Shown here: positions 40,844 through 55,700 of the stretch, in pieces
How positions within the stretch are numbered: position 1 is the first letter of the stretch
Layout of the letters: each line of letters starts with the position of its first letter
From: Chrysomallon squamiferum
Lineage: Eukaryota; Animalia; Mollusca
Assembly (NCBI GenBank): GCA_012295275.1
Contig: CM022676.1
Location: 1,488,001-1,552,000 of the forward strand
Direction of reading: 5' to 3'
DNA length: 64,000 bases
Program-made: the position numbers and the translations under genes
Notes under the pieces: generated by a model
Told to the model about the DNA's origin: nothing
What the model saw: only the letters and a program-made list of their open reading frames with translations
Database searches by the model: none

Positions 40844-42895
40844 ATGAATCTGTATAACCTTGTTTCAGGGACATTTGTGTTACAGATATATTAATTACAA
40901 AACAGAATTTTTTTTTTAATTTAATTGTTTTTATTTTTTTTTTTTTTTTATAGTTTATTGGAGGGGATATATATTTTTTTAATTTCTAAGAAATAAATAA
41001 ACAATACACACCCTGAGACATACACTTACTCACAACATTCATTTATTTACATTCACAATGCTGCCAAAGGGAGTAAAATTATGTGCTTATGTTGAATACG
41101 AGAATGTTAATGAAAAGAAGTTTGTAATGAATGGCCTTGTTTCAGGCAGATTTTTGTTACATACATGATAATTAGAAAATAGAACGTTCTCTTAAATATG
41201 TTAATTTAGTTTCTAGGATAATCTCTTGAGTATTATCATGCTCATAAACATAAAACTAATAATTTCAAATTTATTTCCACAAATGCATTACAGAGATCAG
41301 ATGTAAAATAAAATAATTAATTTATTATTTAAAAAATAAAAATGACACTTAAAAATTTCTTCACTACAATTAAGCTTGAACAGTAGTATTCTTTTTCTAA
41401 TTTACACAAACACATAAATATTTCTTAAAAGATTTTAATTATTATATATTAATTAGATAAATATGCTTTATCACACTGATTTTCAATATTTTTAAAACTT
41501 TTATCTAACAGCACAAATTTTACTTAGTTACTCCCCAGGCTGTGGATTACCTGCCCCCTGGTGGTTCATCATGGCGAGTAACTCTAAATCACTATGTGTC
41601 AGTTCTTCATAATGACATTTCAGGTCAGTTTTAACTGAAACTTCTCATCTATGATTTCTTAGGCAAACAACAACAGGGTTAGTTTCTCTGTTGTATTAGA
41701 ATTTGTTTTTACCTGAGAGCCATACAGACAAGTAATTGCATGTTTGTAGTTAATTGGGGATAGTTTTAATAAAGTTTATTATTTAATTTATACATAAACA
41801 AACATTTGCACACACATATATACTATCAAAACATCTCTGATTCCTATGGTTCAAAAATATCCACAGAAAATGTTACCATGGAAACTACATGTACTATTTA
41901 ATAATAGAAACTCAAAATATAACTAACTTCATCTCAATAACAAAACTGTCGACCAATGACCCCTTTTCAAGAAATAAATATAAGTTTATCTGCAGAATGC
42001 ATGAAAGATGGATGAATGCAAGGGATGAAACTGATTTCAGATACAGATCTATCCTGATACTGACAGGGACACACTGCAAGTCTGACAGGTCTGTATACTC
42101 CAGAATACACCTGTGGTAATAACTTTTTAAATAACCTCTTCTTTTTTCTTGCTTATTTTACATTTAGCTATTTATAATTATTTATTTATTAATAATTTTA
42201 TTTATTTATAGTTTACTTAATTCACAATTTGTGTGTATGTATACTCTATTAACAAAATGGTATATATTGCAGATATTTAACTTTAAATGAGAAAGAGTAA
42301 AAAATACCTAAAAGGTAATCCATAGTTTGAGCACGTAACTAAGTAACATTTGTGCAATTAGATAAAACTGTTAAAAAATTCACAATTCAGTGTGACAATA
42401 TAAAATAGTTAGAATCTTTTAAGAAATATTTAAGTGTTTGTGTAAATTAGAACAAGAATAATACTGTTCAAGCTTAATTTTTGTGAAGAAATTTTTAAGT
42501 GTCATTTAATTTCTTAAATAATAAATTAATTCTTTTATTTTACATCTGATCTCTGTAATTGGTTGGTGGAAGTTATTAGTTACATGTGTACGAGGATGGT
42601 AATACTATAGAAAATAATCTAAAACTTAAGTTACAAGAATGTTCTATTTTCTAATTATCATGTATGTAACAAAAATCTGCCTGAAACAAGGCCATTCATT
42701 ACAAACTTCTTTTTGTTAGCATTCTGTTATTCACCATAAGCAAATGTAAATAAATGGTTATTGTATGAATGAGTGTGCTTGTCATGGTGTGTTTTGTTTT
42801 ATTTATTTCTTAGAAATATAAATTAAAAAATTTCTGTTTTGTAATTTATATATCTGTAACACAGATGTCCCAGAAACAAGGTTATACAGATTCAT
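40844..42895. repeat. Long imperfect inverted repeat (arms ~40844-41531 and ~42335-42895, ~0.8 kb spacer)
   Basis: Collinear reverse-complement blocks, e.g. tttgtaatgaatggccttgtttcaggcagatttttgttacatacatgataattagaaaatagaac (~41121) versus its reverse complement at ~42641-42705. Confidence 0.93.
41551..41566 (-). promoter_or_regulatory. CTCF-like motif AACCACCAGGGGGCAG
   Basis: Essentially the consensus CTCF core. Confidence 0.55.
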
Positions 42896-43440
42896 TACAA
42901 AATAATTTATGCAAGAATTTGTAATGTTAAGTAGTATTATTTCAAAAAGTTAGAAAATATTTGAAAGCATTAATTATTGTCTTTACATTTTTTCCTTGTT
43001 GTATAGTTAAACAAATTTTAAAATGACTGATTACAAATTTATTTCATACAATTTTTTTTTTTTTTTTCCATCCTCATTTTTTAGAAAATGACTGCTGAGA
43101 CCTGAGAATGGTTTTATGTTGAAAACACGACAATGTATTCTACAGAGAGGTGTTTTAAATAAATATTACTTTATTTTACTGAGCGAATCTGGCTGAGATT
43201 TTCTTTTATGAAATTGCTGTAATTTATTGTAATTTTTCAGCTTATCCCATGACCTTTCTGTTAACCTTTCACAACCTTTGACATTTGTTATCTGATTGTA
43301 GTTTTATTAATGTTAATAAAATATTTTTACTTTTTATTTTTATTTTTTTTTTAATCTGATCTTTCATCGGATATTTACAGACAAGAACAATTTTAAGTTC
43401 TTGGAAAAGAATCATTGCAATATGCACATGCATGCATTTG

Positions 43441-43477
<37 letters not shown>

Positions 43478-43813
43478 TTGCAGACCTACATACGTAATAA
43501 TTATATACATATATATGTAACATACTTATATATAAATTAACATGCATAATTTGACAAGTTTAATTCACTTTTAAGCCTCTTGTACAATTAACTTGTTAAC
43601 TAAATATGCAAATTAGTTGACATTTGGTTTTGTTATATTTAGTCAGTTAAATTATAAAAGAAACGATTGTATTATTTTTTTTTTGACTGTTCATCTGTCT
43701 GTCTGAAATAATCGTGTTCTTTGTCTGGTTTCAGCTTATAATGTCAGCACAGTCTATAAAATGACATTTTCTGTCCTAGATGATGACAGTTTGATGAAGA
43801 TGACAATGATGAT

Positions 43814-44046
43814 ATGGTAGTTAAAACAAAATGGATTTAAAATTTGTTGAAAGGTATGAATTTTTTAAATTTATGGTAGTCAAAATGCAGTTACAATTTG
43901 CTGAAAAGTGTAACAGTAATTTGTGGTAGTCAAAATGCATTTAAATTTTTTTGAAAGGTATTATTTGAGATAGTTAAAATGGAATTTAAATTCGTTTAAA
44001 GATATATTAATAATATGTGGAAATTAAAATTTGTTGAAAGGTATAG
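43814..44046. repeat. Degenerate ~50-bp minisatellite, ~5 copies
   Basis: Recurring tggtagt(c/t)aaaatg..ttaaaatttgttgaaaggtat. Confidence 0.75.
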
Positions 44047-45539
44047 TTTAATAATTTTGTTAAGGTAAGTCTAAAATATTTCTGCCTGTTATTAAAATAA
44101 TACCATGTGCTCTGTAATAAATTCTTAAAGTGATCAATAAAGGTAAAAGTGAATGTTGAAATTTTAAAAAGCTGAACTCCTCAGGATAGTAGTGTTAGGA
44201 AAAACTCTTCAATTGAACATTTTAACACTTCACAATTGTGACATCACTAAGAACAGGTGAGTATCTGTGTGTGTCTGTGTGTGTGTCTGTGTATGGTGTA
44301 TTTCTAGTGTCATTGCCAAATCATCACTTCTTGCTACAGTTTAACATTATTTAGCTGAAAACACATTATAGTTATTTCATTTCTTTCCCCTACTCCCCAT
44401 TCCTATCCCCTCCTTTTTCACCCCTCCATATCCCCATCAATAATCTTTTCTGTTAGAACCCACTAAATGTGCTAGCCCACCTGTACTTCTAAATATAGTT
44501 TGTGATCACTCCCCCACCTTCACCTGTCAATCATTTCTCACATGATTCACATCTGGCAAACATTGATGAGGCTTTCTTTAGGCAACATAAACATCCCACA
44601 ATAAATATTAAATTACATTATCGTTTTGGTGAACAAAAAAAAAAAAAACGTAAATTATTATTAATAAAATCATGATTTAATTATAATTATTATTATTATT
44701 TTATTTTTTTTTTTGTTAGTTTTCAAAAAATTATAGCTGCTTTGCATTATATTATGTACATTTAATCAGAAATTATAAAAACTAAAACACAGATTACAAG
44801 TAATCACACACAATGATATTTTTCAAATGATAAAAACAAAAATCACTTCTTACACACCGCAATATACAAAAATACTATTAACAAACACACAGAGATATGT
44901 TTAAAATACACATATAAAGAAAATAATTTATAGATGCCGATACATACAACACAAATATAAGCACCTAAAGAGGGCCTCCCAATTTGCCAAGCTCTCAGTG
45001 AGCTGGTGAAATATGGAAGCTGGATAATGTCGCTTGGATAAACTGTGCATGGATCTTGTTTACAAACCACGAGTGAAGTGCTTGAAGTTACACACTAAGC
45101 AGACAGGCCTACTGTTAATCAGCTTCTTTTTTTCTTCTTTTTTTTATAAACAATGCACACACACACCTTGGTGCAGCTAGTTTAATTACATTGACCGCAA
45201 TGGTCCTGATTAAAAAAAAAAAGTGGATGAAAATTGTAATATGGGCATTTTTTAAATCTACTTTATTATTATTATTTATTTATTTACTTTTAATTTTTAC
45301 TTCTTTTTTTTTTTTTTTTTTTTTTTTTTTGTTTATTATTATAATTCCTTTTTTTAATAAATAACATATTTAATTTAGTTTTCTTAGATAAATAAAATAT
45401 TGGTTAATCTTTTTGTCTTTGATAGTGACAGACAGAAGCGAAAAGGAAAATGTGAAAATACTGCACACTTATGACAGACCTACACACCTACAGACCCCCA
45501 CCCCACAGACATACAGACACACAAAAAAAAACACCTGTA

Positions 45540-45590
<51 letters not shown>

Positions 45591-47549
45591 TGCAAAAATC
45601 TCAAAATTGTTAATCTTTACCAGCTAATGTGATATTGTGCCACCTCTGTAACACAAGTGACTGCAGTGAGACTGTATTCATGTCACCTGACATGTTTCAA
45701 GTGGCCCTGTTTGCAGGACACGTTTTGCTGTATTAAGCAATATTTTCTGTTTTTCCACCAGTTATGTCATTCATCTTGATTAATTATGCTGACATATCTC
45801 TTTATTATCCACATATTTCTTTTTATCCAGAAGGAAGTCTAGAAAAAAATATTCATTAAGAGAGCACTTCTCATTGGTCAGCTACCTTTAGATCAGTTGA
45901 CATAACCTTGACCTTTTTATTTATAGTTATAACAGCCTTATTAATAATTTGTGTTTTGTTAGTTAATAATTTACTTTGAATAAAATAGACAGAGATAATG
46001 AATTGTTAAAAATGAGGGGGATTAAATAATTTGCAAGAAAAAGTAAAACAAACAGCATAAAAATATCACATAAAATGCATTTATAGCAGTAACAAATATA
46101 AGAAAGAGCTTTCTGTCAAGAAACAAAACTTGTGCATTTATCATATTTAAGATATGTGAGTGTAAACATTAAAATATATGATTTACATTCAAATTTTATC
46201 TGATTTCTCCTCAGTTTTTACTGTTTTTCATAAATATTTTGTCAACTGAGGCTTTTACAATGTCTAGTTTGTAGCGTTATCATTCCAAGTAATATTACTA
46301 TAAATAAAGCATTGAAACCCTTCCAGTAAACATAAAGTTAAAAAACTGGCTTGGTGAGGGACGTGCACTAAACAATAGTGTTTTAAATAATGATATAATT
46401 CCAGATTAAAAAAATACAGTTCAAAAATAATATTAGTTATATTTTGCCAGTGCATATTAGTATATTTAATGTATAGTATTAAAACTCACATAAAGCAAAA
46501 ACAGAACACAACACTAACCCAGAAAATATTCACTTTAAATGCTATAGAGAAATGAACTTAATGAACAGATCAAAATTAACAACTGGAGATAATAACTTAA
46601 TTCTAATTCAGTTTTAATTGGAAATAAATATGTCTTGATGTCAAATTTTAAATACATAAATTAACTGATTAAAATTAACAACAATGAGACAATAAATTAA
46701 TATAACAATTCACTGTTAATTGTAAATTAATTAACTGGTCACTGGTTGTCATTTAGACATCAATGTAAAACTGACCATCATGTGATGACATGACAAGAAG
46801 ATAACTCTAATGGACACATTATCCAGGCAAGCAATTGTTGTTTAGAGTTATCTCCAATTATCAAATTACTTCAGATCTGGGTTAACTGCTGAGCAAATAT
46901 CACTGATTATACCCATGCAGCTGACAAGGAAAATTGCCAATGGCGTTTACATCCAGCATGGTTAATTAACCTCACATGCCATGAAGCTAGAAGTGAACAG
47001 CATGGCAGGCAGCAATTAAAGTCTATTAATAATCAGTTCATGAGAACGCTTCGCAATTGTTTTAATTTGTACCAAGAAAACATCAACCAGCTTCTGTGCT
47101 TGGTTACGAAATAGGTGGGCGTTTTTGGGATGGGGGTTGCGGGGAAAAAAAGGACTAAGTACATTTTGATAGACATCTCAAGTTATTTTGATCATTCTCT
47201 GCTTTCACTTCACCAGCACTAGATAAATTAAGTGGAAGGTTACGTGTTATGTTAATTATAAAAACCGAGGCCGTGATTTCATGTGTGTCCACGGAAGTAG
47301 CTCTTAGAACCCGACCCTGTTTAAAAGATTGTTTCAAGCTAATTACCAGGAACACACTGGTACCAGCTTCTCAGAGAGGTATTCTCATGCAAACAGACAC
47401 CACCAGCTAACAATGGCCACCATTGGGCTAAGTGGATAAGAATTATTAAAAATATTCTGTTTATTGTTTGTAAGAGATTAGTTTTTTATCTTTCATATTT
47501 TCATTATTTTATTTTTTAGATAATGAACAGTTCATGAGAATTTTGTGGG

Positions 47550-47780
47550 AAAGAGCAATAACTCATGCTTATGCACCGGCTTCAGCCTTCAAAGGCCAGA
47601 GGTTCAATTCACATTAGGCAAGCATCAGCTTAATACCTCAGAATGGTATGTTCTCAGCTGATGTAACAAACATTGTTTTCCTGTCTGTAGGAATATTACA
47701 AAATACCCCTCTTACTGCAAATAATAAATACATGAATAACAGTGTCTAAAAATAAATGAATGATAAGTGATGATAAATGA
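47550..47780 (+). mobile_element. Decayed tRNA-derived SINE candidate
   Basis: B-box-like ggttcaattc at ~47611; core tcctgtctgt.gga..attaca.aa.a.ccc.tt.ctgc.aat resembles mollusc SINE cores as I recall them; tail of simple aatg repeats. Confidence 0.4.
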
Positions 47781-49492
47781 ATTTTTAATTCTACATTTTC
47801 ACATGACCTCAAAATATACTTTATTAATCTTTGGGCAACTTTAGCGAATTCCCTTGAAACTGTAAGTGACCATGGCAGTTACAAAATATCAAGTTATAAC
47901 AGAATCTCTAGTTTTTAATCTCTTCTACAATACCTGAGTTTGCCTTTGTTTATCATTTTTGTTCTCAGATTATGATATCAGTATCAGGACCGAAAAGATT
48001 CCTGATATCCAATCATAAGAACTTTAAAATAACAGAGTTTATTAAATGTTCATGTCTTTTATAAGATATTCATGAATATATTTTTTTGATCGAGTTGAAA
48101 ATTAACTGCTTAAAATAAAACATGGAAATGTGACAAAGAATAATTATTTCTTGGTTTATCTAAAATGGAATTAAAATGTGTTTGTTTTTGTTGCAGGATT
48201 CACAATATGATGAATTATCACTATGTGTGTTAGAAGTCTGGTTTGTGTGGTTATATATGTTCTATCTAATTCAAACATTAAATCATTCTACAAGTGTGAC
48301 TTTTTATACATACCATTTTTAATTCATACAATTAAAATTATTCTACAAGTGCGACCGTTTATGACCTGATTTTATCACTTTAAAGGTGTCAGCAGTTTTA
48401 ATAGTAAAGATGATAAATTTAAATGTCAACTGCAACACAGACGTCTCACATCTACAACGCTGGGAAAACACGACATCTGTCAGCAGCTATGAGTTACTCA
48501 AACTTGATTTAAACTGAGTTTTAACAGTTGTAATAGTTGTAGAGTCAAGCTCATATATATACTATCACATTTATATTTTATAATCTATTTCTCTGGCTTT
48601 AAGCAGTGACATTTTTTAGTAAGATAGATTTCTTGAAAAAATGTTATTACAAATTTTTAACTTTTTTTTATTTTTAAGTCTTCTTTTAATCTTTTTATTT
48701 ATTTATTCATTTATTTTACAAAATATCAGTTTATTTTGTTGACCTTTGTTTATTCTCTTTTAATTTTCCTAGTTTAATTTCTGCTTTTTTAATCACCTCT
48801 TTTTCTTGGAGATAAAAAAAGAAAGAATTGGTTTGTTTGTGTGTATGTGTGTGTCTGTGTGTGTGTGTGTATGTGTTGTGTACTTAACATACACATACTC
48901 TTTTTGTCAATTCTGATTTACAAAATTTTATGAAGTAATAATTTCTTATTTATTTAAAAAAAATAAGATATCCATAAATATTTTCATATCTGTTAGTTTA
49001 TTGTGTGAGAATGAATACATCTGTGTGTGTGTGTTTTTCCAACTGTATGTGTTTATGTACGAGTGTCTATTTATATGTATGTACATGTTTATAGATGTAT
49101 GCATGTTTTTTTTTTGTATGTGTGTTTTTTATGTCTGTATGTGTGTATTTATGTGTTTGTGTATATATGTGTGTGTATATAATCTATTATGTTATCACAC
49201 ACAATGTCTGCATTGACACACATTTCATAAATTTATATAAATATTACACAACATCCGACCAAGCTTAACCAATACAATCACCAGTGTTATTTACAGACAG
49301 AAACAAGTTTGCTCAGTTTTAAATATAAATATCACAACATAAAACTGAATATAAATAATATAGTAATTTATACAGAGGTGGCTAACTGTACTTTTTCTTT
49401 TTTAAGTTTTATGTAAAAAATTACTTCACTCAAGTCACCTAACCTGTAGCTTTTTTATTCTCCTTTCAAACTGAAGAGGCTCTAGAAGACTG

Positions 49493-49702
49493 ACTCTCTC
49501 TGTCTCACACACAGGCACACACTCTCTCTGTCTCTCTCTCACACACACAGGCACACACTCTGTGTCTCTCTCACACACACAGGCACACACTCTCTCTGTC
49601 TCTCTCTCACACACACAGGCACACACACTCTCTCTCTCTCTCTCACACACACAGGCACACTCTCTGTCTCTCACACAAACACACACACGCACACTCACCT
49701 TT

Positions 49703-49736
<34 letters not shown>
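49493..49736. repeat. Compound CA/CT minisatellite (CACACAGGCACACACTCTCTCTGTCTCT unit, ~5 copies)
   Basis: Directly visible. Confidence 0.9.
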
Positions 49737-49740
<4 letters not shown>

Positions 49741-50286
49741 CACACAAACATATACAAACCCAGACAGACAGACACATTAATATACATTAATATAATAACC
49801 ACAACAATGTTATTTTGTTTATAATGCAGTTTATGAGTATAAAAATTATTGTCTCTGAATATTTGCTGATACAACTTATTATCTTGACCACTGTACTGAA
49901 CATCCCAACCATTGCAATCTCATTATTTAAACAGTTTACAACTTAACTATTTAAAATGAATTCTCTTTTGCAGCACATCAGGGAAACTTTATTCTGTTAG
50001 TTACTATATCAACCTATTAAATTTTCTGTTTTATTATTATGTTAAATTTTATAACACAACTAAAATTTGTCTATAAAAAAAGATATATATATATATATAT
50101 CAGTTCACTAGCTTTTCATAATATCTATTGATAAACTGCTGTTATAGTTGCTTTCCCTTTTTTAAATTTGATGACAGTACCATTAATTTCAGTTGTTTTT
50201 TATTTAGGTATATTTTTATTTAGATGTACGTAATGTTTAGGAGTAACATATCTGTGTGTATTTTTTGAAGTATTTGTACAAGTTAG

Positions 50287-50321
<35 letters not shown>

Positions 50322-52497
50322 CTAACAATACATATAACTATAGCAACTAATTATTTATCAGATAAGATGCATTCCTGTGTCTTTATAAATGTAATTAGAC
50401 AGACAGATATACAAACACATCTTTTCACCAGTTTTCTTTTTTTACTAACACTGTTATTTATTTATTTGTATAAACAAATCTATGAAGATCATTGAATGTG
50501 ATATTTCCAAATGTTTTCATACCAAATTATCTTCTTTAGAGCTAATAACCCATCTGAAACAGATCAGAAGGTTTTTTTAGAAAACATACAGCACTTATTA
50601 CTTTTGAAATAAAAATGGCTGTAATTGGTGACCAAAAGAGACCTTTGTGGTGCTTCTATTTTTGGAAACGTGGACTTTTAACATGTGGTTGTCATCTTTA
50701 TCCTGTAATCATGTTAATAATTATTATTTTATAATCATTATTCTTGAATTTATACATCCCTGTTCATCAACAGTTATTAGTTTCACCATAAATTAATCTG
50801 TTAAATGACTGCTGTTTCAGTTGTGATGGTGGTATATTATAATTAATACATCGCATTAGATGTTGTTAGTTTCACTGTAGGGACCCTCATGAGAAGGAAT
50901 GAAATTGAGGACAAACTTGTAGGTCATTCACAGCAGATAACAAATTTATGAATGAAGCTGAAGCAGCTTTTAGTGGGAGTGAGGTGACCCACTTGAAAGG
51001 TCATTACCATGGTTACCATCCATGTTAACAGGTTGCCAGCTGTGTTACCATGACTTCAGATATCATTGAGAAAAGTGGCAAGTTTTAAAAAAAGAAAAAA
51101 TAAGAAAACTACAGGCAATGAAAGTTTTATCTGATCGCTATTCAATTCTTCGGCTTAAGAGATTCATTTTATTAATTCATGTGGAAATTTTTTTTATCTC
51201 ATTTTACTTTTTAATTTTTTTCTTGCTTTTTTTTTTTGCCTTTACTGCAAGGATCACCTGGCTTATTCAAGTGCGTAATTCTCAGAACATGAAAAAAGAT
51301 TTTAAAAAGAAAAGAAATACTAGATGAAAAGATTAAATATACAGAAGAGAAGTAACAACAGAATTTATGGATTTAAGATTATGGTTTCTGCCTTTTAATT
51401 ATCTGTTACTAGTAAAAATAGAAATAAAAACTATATATAAAAATTAAAATGATTTTTAAGAAGACATTGCAATAGAATTTTTTTTCCATTTATAAATAGG
51501 TTTCATCTATTTATACATTTAATAAAAATACTCTTTTTTCTTTTCAACATTTATTTTTGAATTTAGCACATATTCAGGTTTAAGTAAGACAATTCTTAAA
51601 TTTATCTTGGATTCATGTTTAAATCTATTTTACATTTATTTTTAAATTTACTTCAGATTCTTCTCTGTGTATGAATAACAAAACTTCAAAGTTATTTATC
51701 TACAGTGTATAAAAATGGCTTTTTAATGAGAATTATTACTGGAGCATAAAAGTAATTTTAAAATATAAGATAATATAAAAAGACAAGATATTAAATAAAG
51801 AAGAGATTTGCAGAAAATACTCTGTCTGTAAGAAGTGTGATAGCTGTGTGTGATAGGTTATCACAACTGTGACATGCAGATTAAACGTCCCAAAGTCCAC
51901 TGAGGAAATAACCAAACACAGCTCTACAGCAATAAAAATAACTGTTTAATTTCAAATATTATTTTTGACATAGGCTAAATATGTTTATTTACATAAACAT
52001 TTCTGATTTTAATCGTATCACTAAAATTTAAAGCTACTTTGATACTTCAAAAAAGACTTTCATTTTTGTTAATTAATTAATTCTGTGATTATGTTTTTTA
52101 GAACATTTTTTTTAGCACATATTACATCATTTGACAAAGATGCAGAGTAAAACTGGTTTCAGTGGGATATGTAATCTAACTTTAACACATGAGAGAGAGG
52201 GAGATGGTTTAAGTTATTCCAGTTGTAATTCTCATTCAAATGTCTGTCATCATTTTTTTATTAATTTTTTTTTATAATGAAAAATGTCAGCCTCTCCCAT
52301 ACTTATTATTTTATTATTAGCAAAGAAAGGTAACGAGAAACCAATAAAACAATATTTTAATGCAAATCCCTAATTTTTTTTTTTTTTATTATTTTTAAAA
52401 TATATATTAATTTTTTTACTTCAAACTAAAATGGTCATTATGAGGACATCACCATACCTTAGGCAAAGCTATTTCTGACAATGATTAATAGTGTATG

Positions 52498-52790
52498 ACT
52501 ATTTATTACCTAGTTAGATACACAAAGTTATAAATATTCATTACCTAGTCAGAGATATAGCTGTATGGATATTAATTATTTAGTAAGTGATGTAAATTTA
52601 TAAATATTCATTACCTAGTCAAAGATAGAGCAGCATAACATTAATTTCCTAGTAAGTGATGTAGCGCTGTGAATATTCTTTACCTTGTCAGAAGATAAAT
52701 ATTCATTACCTAGTAAACTGATAAATATTTATATACTTTTGTATCTTTGACTAGGTAATGAATATTCAGCACCTAGTCAGTGACATAAAA
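52498..52790. repeat. Degenerate ~35-bp tandem repeat (ATATTCATTACCTAGT core) with one inverted unit
   Basis: Core at ~52501, 52534, 52604, 52673 and 52699; inverted gactaggtaatgaatatt at ~52749. Confidence 0.8.
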
Positions 52791-55700
52791 ATATTATTAC
52801 TTTAAACAGAAACTCTATGATAGCCATTACAATTAATTTATTCAGTTTTGTTGTGAAGATTTATAAAAAAAAAAAAACGCTCAGTACATTTTAACAAATA
52901 ATTAACCCATTGCATGTCAACATAACCTTACTCTTATTAAATTCATTCATGGACACACATGACTGAGTAAGCAAACAGAACTAAGAAAAGGCATTCAACC
53001 ATGACAGGTCTCACATTTTTCTGAATGTTTCTGTGTAAGTTAAAAATCACAACACATCACATCACAAAGTATCAAGTTTACCAGTCTGAACTGTTAACTG
53101 TTCATGTGCTGTATTTAATATAAAAAAAATGATATAAACAATATACCTTGTATATGCAGGCACACCACTTTAAATTCTGTACATGCTAAATAAATGAAAT
53201 AAAAGATATTTATAATCAAGATAAAATGATATAAAATATCATATATTTCTGATAGAATGTAACTTAACCTTTAGAGCAGAACAAAACAAAAAAAATTAAA
53301 TAAAGAAAATTCTTAAACAACACAAAAATAATCACATATAGTCCTATAAAATAAACGTTATCCTTTGTGCTATGAAAAAGGACGTTTTGATAAGAATATT
53401 AGAAAATTATGACAGAGCTGTTACAAGCAATAGTTAACATTTTACAGGTTAATCTAGATGATCAATATTTCAAACCACAATGAAAGCTACAGGACGTAAC
53501 TGTTAACCCTTTATATGCCACAAAAGTCAATGCTGAATATCAAAACAGAAATGTAGATTCTTAATGTACTGCAAACCACAACAAAAGTAACAGTAGACAT
53601 TTTATGAACCATATTATTACACTGATTTGTCAAACAAGAAAAGAACAATGTATTAAAATAACAGATTACCAATGATAATTATTTCCCTTTAACAGTTCCA
53701 TCGAAATGTTCAAATAAAACACCCACACAGACACACTGAAACACAGTCACACTCAAACATACATATATATACACAAACACCCACATACACACACTCACTA
53801 ATACATAAAAAAGCACACACTAACACACACACAGTATTCTCTATTCCAGAAATATCACTGTTGGCCTGTTTACTGTTGGCCTGTACCTGAGGATGGAGAC
53901 ATTGCAGTTACTGGAGAAACACAAAGATAGGAGTCTCTCAGCAGTCTCCGGTTTGCTTGTCATGTTTGTCTAGTAAAATCTATTTACAAGGTGGACTTGG
54001 TTTATTGTTTTACTAGCCCAGACACTTTTCTTTGTAGCCAGTGACATGAAGAACTCAGCACAGTTCCTGGTTCCGCCAAAATAAACATTCATTTTTGGAT
54101 TACAGCATCTTGAACTGCTTAGATGACACTTTCCATACACACAGTCTTATTTTTGACTTGGCTACAGTTTCTGGAAGATATTACAGTGACATTCAGTTTC
54201 AGACTTTTGTGTGGTTTTCAAGTTCATTTGAAACAAAGAAATTTTAAAATAAACTTTATCGAGATAGCATATCTATGTATATATGTGTTCTGTTTGCATG
54301 TGTCTCTGTGTGTGTTTATCAGTTCATGAACTTGTGTAGATATGTGCATATATGAAGGTGCATTTGTAGGTGCATGTGGACATGCATGTGTTTTAATATC
54401 ATTGAGAACATCATTTTGTGAAGGTTTTATCAAAATTTACTTACATCATTAGTTACAGTTTAATGAGAAATAAAAGAATATAAGCCTTATAATATATCAT
54501 TATATGTGAAGTCTGTATATTTATATGCATTAAATAAATTAATTTGGAGGTATTAAAGCTAATATGTTTAGTTGTTTTTTTATGTATGTTTAATTATTAT
54601 TATTATTATTATTCAAGTAAAACTGATTATGCTAGAATGGACATTAATAAAGAAGATTTAAAATAAAGGCAGATTGTATCTGTGTTCAGCTTTGTTCAAA
54701 CTGATAAATATGTCATCTTACAAGAGAAAAGTCTTTCAGAATATTCTACAAATAAACACACAAAACACAAAATAAAAACCTTTCACATTTTACCAAGCTC
54801 CATTAAAACTGCTATAAATTTTACATTATACAATCCTGTCTCCATGACAACATCAACCTCTGCTCCATGTTGGATGTGAAGGTATTAACTGTAATGTTTA
54901 ACTACTGAAAATGCACTTCACAAAATTTAAGTATAAAAAGCAATAAAAAACGTTTTTTTATTTATTTTGCTATCTCCTGACCGTTTCACCTTTAGTGTTT
55001 GTAGTTGTTTATCATTTTAATATCTTTTCATGAAAAGAATATATTTCAAAAGAAATTCAAAACTGAATGTATTAATATGCTTAAAACAGTAGTTTCTGTT
55101 TTGACACAATATATTTAACAAAAAAAGTTGTGAGTTTTTTGGTTCATAATGTAATTATCCCCAAAAATGTATACAGTTATCAACAGTCTGTTGTTTTGCT
55201 AATAAAGTGTTACCTTAGTGTGAAGTATTTTTAAATTACCTATATAATCTGTGCTTATTGTTTTTAGCAAACAGATGTTCTTTTCACAGTCAGTATATGA
55301 AATAAAACAAATGAATGTAACAATATTTTTTACTTTTATTTAGAATCACAATTCTATATAACATTTTTTTTTTTAACGTATATATATATGTGTGTATGTG
55401 TGTCCATTAATAAAATAAAACTTACTAAATTTTAAAATTTATCTTGATAATATTTCATACTTTCATATTTTGGCTAAGTCAAAAACAGCAAAGTCATGTT
55501 CATTATCTTTTGTTCAGTTTTTTTTATGTTTGCTGTGAACTGAACCAGTCAAAGGATTCATAATTATTTTTTAACAAAGAAGATTTATAAATCTGTAAAA
55601 TTCACATTGCTCCATAACACAAAAGCATTTTTTAATATACCTAATTACATCCAATTACAGTGTTTGTTATTCTTCTTTCAAAGGGAAACTATTTCATGAT

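Noticed and set aside
49001-49780. ORFs rich in VC/ER/SL/HT
   Set aside because: Simple-repeat translations
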